This document shows, in pieces, positions 26,690 through 30,947 of a DNA stretch of 30,947 bases. The notes under the pieces were generated by a model. That model saw nothing but the letters and a program-made list of their open reading frames with translations. It was not told the origin of the DNA and searched no databases. How positions within the stretch are numbered: the stretch's first letter is position 1; each line of letters starts with the position of its first letter. The position numbers and the translations under genes were made by a program. The stretch comes from Oligoflexales bacterium (GTDB taxonomy: Bacteria; Bdellovibrionota_B; Oligoflexia; Oligoflexales; RGVZ01), in NCBI GenBank assembly GCA_044236265.1, contig JBIIGV010000021.1:1-30947 (forward strand), written 5' to 3'.

Positions 26690-27819
26690 GTGAAATCTCA
26701 AGAAAATCTACCGTGGCCGTTCTGGCCATTGGAACTGAGATCACTTCTGGTGAGGTGGTCAATTCAAACGCTTCAACATTAGCGGCAAATTTAACCGAAC
26801 TTGGTTTTACCTGCGATCACCACGTTGCTGTGCCCGATAACCAAGCCCTGATGAGCAAAGCTCTCAGCGATCTAATTGCAACTCACGACATCGTTTTAGT
26901 GACCGGAGGCCTAGGCCCCACCACTGATGATGTGACTAGAGACGTTGTTGCTAGGGTTGCGGGCCAAAAGCTGAAATGGAATGAGGCAGACTGGCAGCGC
27001 ATCGTTCAAAGGCTTCAAACGGTGGGAGCACCGATTGCTGAGTCTAACAGGCAGCAGGCCTTCTTTCCGGAGTCGGCTATTATTTATCCCAGCCGTCACG
27101 GCACAGCTTCGGCATTTAGTATTGAGATCAAAAACTGTCTTGTCATGGTCTTACCAGGTCCTCCGAAAGAGATCGAAGGACTGTGGATTGATCACATTCA
27201 TGCACTCCTTAAAGCCCGTTCTCCGCAAGACAAAGATCAGACTCCGGATGTTTGGCATTGCCTCGGTCAAAGCGAATCACGACTTGGTGAGATCGTCGAG
27301 GATGCGTTATCTAACAGCGGATTTATAACCGGCTACCGCAGCCACGCTCCTTATATTCATGTAAAAGTTTGGATCCCGGCTACAAGACGGGAGGACTTTG
27401 AGAAAAACTGGCGCAAGAAATTAGAAGACGCCGTTCAGCCTTGGCTTGTGGGACGAAATGATTTTGATGCCGCAAAAGAATTAGTTCGAAGCGTGAACGA
27501 TAACACCACGCTGACCATCATCGATCTAGCTACGGCAGGCTACGCAGCAACAAGAATCTTCAAAGCTCAGGACAAACGCCAAGGCATCAGCATTATCACC
27601 ACAAATGATGAAAATTTTCCTGTTGGCGAGGTTGCGGCAATCGCAAAAATCACCGCCGATTCGAATACTGGTGATTGGACTGTTTCTTTGCAGTCTTCAA
27701 CCAAACGACACACTCATTCAGAACCGTCTCGCTACAAAGGTCCCGCTAACACTGAGCGTCTAAAAGCCTACGTCGCAGAGAAATCATTTATAAAACTAAT
27801 CGGGTGGCTCCAGAATTAG
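26686..27819 (+). CDS. cinA: CinA-like protein: MocF-type N-terminal domain with a degenerate C-terminal PncC domain
   Basis: IGTEITSG..NSNA, TGGLGPTTDDVT, SNRQQA, LPGPP.E and G.SES; ATGA overlap with gpsA. Confidence 0.8.
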   Translation: MSEISRKSTVAVLAIGTEITSGEVVNSNASTLAANLTELGFTCDHHVAVPDNQALMSKALSDLIATHDIVLVTGGLGPTTDDVTRDVVARVAGQKLKWNEADWQRIVQRLQTVGAPIAESNRQQAFFPESAIIYPSRHGTASAFSIEIKNCLVMVLPGPPKEIEGLWIDHIHALLKARSPQDKDQTPDVWHCLGQSESRLGEIVEDALSNSGFITGYRSHAPYIHVKVWIPATRREDFEKNWRKKLEDAVQPWLVGRNDFDAAKELVRSVNDNTTLTIIDLATAGYAATRIFKAQDKRQGISIITTNDENFPVGEVAAIAKITADSNTGDWTVSLQSSTKRHTHSEPSRYKGPANTERLKAYVAEKSFIKLIGWLQN

Positions 27820-27829
27820 GGCCACCCGA
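27800..27829. terminator. GC-rich hairpin spanning the cinA stop; probable terminator
   Basis: TCGGGTGGCTC-CAGAATTA-GGGCCACCCGA (11-bp stem, one G-U pair). Followed by TTAGTTTT on the minus strand and CGTAATTTCTTT on the plus strand. Confidence 0.6.
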
Positions 27830-27862
27830 CGTAATTTCTTTATCAATCAATGACCCTTCCGC

Positions 27863-27972
27863 TCAATTCAAGTCAATGATTTCGTTGTTGTACACGACAC
27901 TTACCAGCAAAGACAAAAATATTCTTTGATTCCATCCGGGCTTTGCTCCAAAGAAACGAATGTCTGTCCACC
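27863..27972 (-). pseudogene. Frameshifted remnant of the C-terminus of a paralog of the metalloprotease at 28757-30136
   Basis: Encodes GGQTFVSLEQ [1-nt deletion] PGWNQRIFLSLLVSVVYNNEIIDLN*, versus GEKTFVSLERRPTWNENNFMSMTVSIVSNNEIIELTNN*. Hand alignment gives 76/102 nt and 20/34 aa identical. Confidence 0.8.
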
Positions 27973-28278
27973 ATCCTCCTTTGATACTAAGGTGATGTGA
28001 GTAGTCCCTAGTATATGATCCCATAGAGGTCCAAAGTCCGTGTTTGGCTTTTTGCCTAAAAGCGGCAAGAAGGACGCTGCTACTAAGGCGTTGCCCTAAA
28101 AATCACGGTTGGACGATGCTTTTGTACGTTATCCTAGGCCCCTGAAGGTCAGTCTTTCCTCAAGGCATGAGTAGAATGCTTCTACGGCTTGCTGATCCCC
28201 TGTACTCCTCGTTCCGCATTTGATGAAGCATAGGGATAAGAAAAGTTACTGAGCTTTCAATACAGGCTCACAAGTTTT

Positions 28279-28686
28279 TTATTTTTTCTGAATTTTATCT
28301 GCAATTGCCTTGAAGATGCAGGTGGCATACTCTGTCCTAGTCGCCCATTCAGTTGCATGAGACCTTGCACGTGTAATGACTCTTACCGTCGATTTATTTG
28401 GATCTCGTTTGAGACCTAAGACTCGTACTAGGGAACCAAAACTAACTAAGTCGGGACCAACTTGCCCGACAATCTTAAACATCCCTTCTTGCTTTTGCTC
28501 GTCTTCGACTGATAAACCACAAGCCTGCACTGAAGCTCGACTAATGTCATAAAGTTCATCCATGGGGACTTGAAATTCTTTTTCCTGACCGGAACCTACA
28601 GGTTCATCCATCATGGATGATGTTGTGGTACAAGAAGAAGCAACAAGTCCGATAATAACAGCTAATAGAATTTCCAGAGATTTCAT
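28279..28686 (-). CDS. Small hypothetical lipoprotein
   Basis: MK + hydrophobic stretch + lipobox-like VASS|C; AAGGA SD; two further Cys in the mature part. Confidence 0.78.
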   Translation of the reverse strand: MKSLEILLAVIIGLVASSCTTTSSMMDEPVGSGQEKEFQVPMDELYDISRASVQACGLSVEDEQKQEGMFKIVGQVGPDLVSFGSLVRVLGLKRDPNKSTVRVITRARSHATEWATRTEYATCIFKAIADKIQKK

Positions 28687-28756
28687 TTTTATTTCCTTGA
28701 TGAGAGAGATTCGACTTTTTGACGATTAATAGTACCCGACGTAGTTTATTTCTCGA

Positions 28757-30136
28757 TTAGTTGTTAGTAAGCTCAATAATTTCGTTGTTTGACACGATAC
28801 TCACCGTCATAGACATAAAATTATTTTCATTCCAAGTGGGGCGCCGCTCCAAAGAGACAAATGTCTTTTCACCTTTTTGATTAATGAGATAGCCTGTGGT
28901 TCTTTGGGTTTCAAGCGACACGAGATTAAGACTTGAGTAGCTAGAGGTAAGACTGGTGCCTTCATCAAAACGGTCCTGAGGAATTTTCATGATTTTTTGT
29001 TTCTTCGGAACTCTAACTTTTAGAGCCTCCTCCATTGACCGATCCGTGTTCTTTATTTCAAATTTCAGATCAAGATTACGCACCTTCTTGATCTCACTTA
29101 AACGGTCACCATCCATCTTAAAATTCCAAGTGGATAACTTCAAATCGTCTGATACGAATTCAAAAAGGACCGTGGTCTCCTTCGTTAAATCAATTGGGTC
29201 AAGGCCAAAGTATTTATCGAAACCATACAAAGAGACCCAAGCGTGAGACCTACGACTTGAAAATAAGTCCACCATTAACGACTCGATGAATGATTGTATT
29301 GAGTCAAAATTAACCATTGCTTTGAGCAACGAGTCAGTTTTGAAATTTTCCATGTTTGCTATTGACCCGTTTGTCACCATGTCCTCGCAAAAAGTCGCTG
29401 CCATAGGAAATGACGAGGAATCGTGACTGAGTCCAAAAACATGGCCTAATTCATGAAGTAAAACACTATCGAGTAAAATCTGATCGTCGTAACGCCAGAA
29501 ATTATTCGCCAAGTCATCCGCATCGGGTCTTAGGTCACCGGTTTCAGGCGCGATGTAGATAAAGCCTCGACCACGCATTTGTTCTTCGTCGTACTGCTCT
29601 TGCACAGTGACGCCCACATATTGCCTAGGATTTTTGATTATTTTACGTTGCTCTGTGGTTAACTTTCCTAACTGGAAGCGAATATCAACTGGACCCTCAT
29701 CACAGGAAACTTGCTCAAAGTCTTGAGTTCCAATCACGAGAGTGCCGGCCGGCTCTTCTCTATGATTTTCGAAGGTCGCACCCTTAAATGACTTCTTCCA
29801 AAGTGCTACCGCCCGTTCGATGCTTTCTTCTGCTTTAGCGCGTGAAATACCAAAGTGATCCTCGTCCATGTCTATACAGTATTTCACCGTATCAACATTC
29901 CCGAGAAACCAAGGATTGGTTTCATACCCGTAGATATAACCACCACCACTGGTGATCGTTCCATCCGCCTGCACGCTGACCGAGTCAGGTGCCTTCGAAT
30001 CATGACCCGAACTCGCAATGGGACTACTTGGTGTTTGGGGACCTGTCGGGCCTGTGCCAGATGGTTTATTGTGGTTTGCGCCGCAAGCTGAGATGACGGC
30101 AAAAGCCAGGGCTGACAGTGCAGTAATTTGGTTCAT
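28757..30136 (-). CDS. Lipoprotein zinc metalloprotease (metzincin/matrixin-like)
   Basis: Lipobox ISA|C, P/S/G/T-rich linker, HELGHVFGLSH (HExxHxxGxxH) followed by Met-turn candidate SSFPM; AGGAG SD. Confidence 0.85.
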   Translation of the reverse strand: MNQITALSALAFAVISACGANHNKPSGTGPTGPQTPSSPIASSGHDSKAPDSVSVQADGTITSGGGYIYGYETNPWFLGNVDTVKYCIDMDEDHFGISRAKAEESIERAVALWKKSFKGATFENHREEPAGTLVIGTQDFEQVSCDEGPVDIRFQLGKLTTEQRKIIKNPRQYVGVTVQEQYDEEQMRGRGFIYIAPETGDLRPDADDLANNFWRYDDQILLDSVLLHELGHVFGLSHDSSSFPMAATFCEDMVTNGSIANMENFKTDSLLKAMVNFDSIQSFIESLMVDLFSSRRSHAWVSLYGFDKYFGLDPIDLTKETTVLFEFVSDDLKLSTWNFKMDGDRLSEIKKVRNLDLKFEIKNTDRSMEEALKVRVPKKQKIMKIPQDRFDEGTSLTSSYSSLNLVSLETQRTTGYLINQKGEKTFVSLERRPTWNENNFMSMTVSIVSNNEIIELTNN

Positions 30137-30173
30137 GGAATGCTCCTAAAGGGTAGGCGTGTTTTTATACTAT

Positions 30174-30203
30174 TTTTATTAAAATGCAATTTTTTTATTA
30201 AAA
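30174..30203. repeat. Two copies of the palindrome TTTTA-T-TAAAA, 19 bp apart
   Basis: Exact 11-mers at 30174-30184 and 30193-30203, flanking a minus-strand TTGCAT. Confidence 0.55.
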
Positions 30204-30214
30204 TACTAACTGAG

Positions 30215-30230
30215 TCTCCGGTGACGGAGA
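30215..30230. promoter_or_regulatory. GC-rich palindrome, candidate operator
   Basis: TCTCCG-GTGA-CGGAGA within an otherwise very AT-rich spacer upstream of the protease. Confidence 0.4.
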
Positions 30231-30355
30231 TCTTTATAAGAAATAGCCTGCCCAAAAAATAGTTCTTTGTTATTAACTATAAACTCAATTGTTTATGATT
30301 TATAAATCTTAATTCGGCCTAAATAGCCTAATACCTTGAAATAATGGGGGTATTA

Positions 30356-30384
30356 ATTTGGGGACAATGGAATGGTCCCCAAAT
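30356..30384 (-). terminator. Hairpin directly after the TIGR02147-like stop codon (no U-tract)
   Basis: Perfect 10-bp stem ATTTGGGGAC-N9-GTCCCCAAAT. Confidence 0.45.
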
Positions 30385-30947
30385 CATAGTTCAAAGAAGT
30401 CGATTCCCAGGGCGGCGACCGTCTCCTCCTTGGAAGGCCCGACAATGTCCCGAGAGTTTTGAATAAACTCATAACAAAGAGACTTAATCTTCTGCACATC
30501 AGCGCGGGAAATGCCGTAGAGCGCTGTGTAATGAACGTTTTGACCAGGTTGCGTTTCTTGCATGCGCTGGTTTGCAATCGAGCGCCAAATAAAATGATAG
30601 CTGTAGTTTAAGGCTGACTTGCTAGCTGCGTGAATATCGCGAGCCAAGGCAATCACCTTAGCGCCGTCCCTGCGAACAAGCTCCATACGTTCCAAATCAG
30701 ATACCGCACGCTCAATGATATCACTCGATAAGCGGAGTCTTTTTTCTAGATCTTTCACGGTTTGACATTCGGGCACAGACGTCAAAGCATGAATGGCACT
30801 ATAAAACCACGCCGCATAATAGCGCGCTTGATCATCTCCCGATAAAACTCGCGAGGGATTCAGGCGTTCACTCATTTGCTGTTTACGTTTTTTGATCTCA
30901 GCGATATTGCGTTCTAGATACTCTCGAAATGATTTTGCTGCTGCTCG
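30384..30947 (-). CDS. TIGR02147/DUF4423-like protein (putative DNA-binding regulator), 5' end outside the window
   Basis: YYAAWFYSAIHAL, winged-helix-like LEKRLRLSSDIIERAVSDLERMELV, YH..W and C-terminal ALGIDFFEL. The frame stays open from 30875 to the window edge. Confidence 0.75.
   Translation of the reverse strand, partial: RAAAKSFREYLERNIAEIKKRKQQMSERLNPSRVLSGDDQARYYAAWFYSAIHALTSVPECQTVKDLEKRLRLSSDIIERAVSDLERMELVRRDGAKVIALARDIHAASKSALNYSYHFIWRSIANQRMQETQPGQNVHYTALYGISRADVQKIKSLCYEFIQNSRDIVGPSKEETVAALGIDFFEL

Noticed and set aside
28025..28065. RQKAKHGLW resembling a thermonuclease C-terminal motif
   Set aside because: Too short, no other nuclease motifs, and the frame is closed shortly upstream.
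27863..28873. DGR template/variable repeat pair (about 100-bp repeat matching a gene 3' end)
   Set aside because: Mismatches are not adenine-specific (several C/T and G/C changes, synonymous sites), there is an indel, and no reverse transcriptase lies in the window.
1..30947. CRISPR array, IS/transposase, prophage, rRNA, cobalamin riboswitch near pduO
   Set aside because: No regularly spaced repeats or mobile-element ORFs were seen. Only 20 bp separate ihfA and pduO, and I recognised no B12 box upstream. A covariance-model search was not possible.

Overview
Bacterial chromosomal window, probably Bdellovibrionota/Oligoflexia. That placement is inferred from a TIGR02147-like gene, a membrane-arm-only nuo operon and delta-type pilB-pilT-pilC. 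Positions 1-27830 look like core genome: a VTT/DedA-like membrane protein plus a double zinc-ribbon protein; pilB-pilT-pilC downstream of ihfA-pduO-two hypotheticals; a penicillin-acylase-family Ntn hydrolase; a GldA/GldF/GldG/DUF4340-type ABC cassette; an alpha/beta hydrolase; a GlpT-like MFS transporter divergent from a HAD phosphatase; nuoA-H-J-K-L-M-N with nuoB-G and nuoI absent; gpsA; and a CinA-like gene. The last ~3.1 kb looks accessory. It holds a partial TIGR02147-type putative regulator, an AT-rich spacer with palindromes, a lipoprotein metzincin protease, a small lipoprotein, and an unannotated frameshifted remnant of a paralogous protease C-terminus that the ORF track misses. I saw no rRNA, tRNA, CRISPR array, transposase or integrase. 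Nothing here is demonstrably a new system; the best candidate is the regulator/protease/lipoprotein/orphan-C-terminus module at 27.86-30.95 kb. All family calls come from motif recognition by eye, not from database searches.
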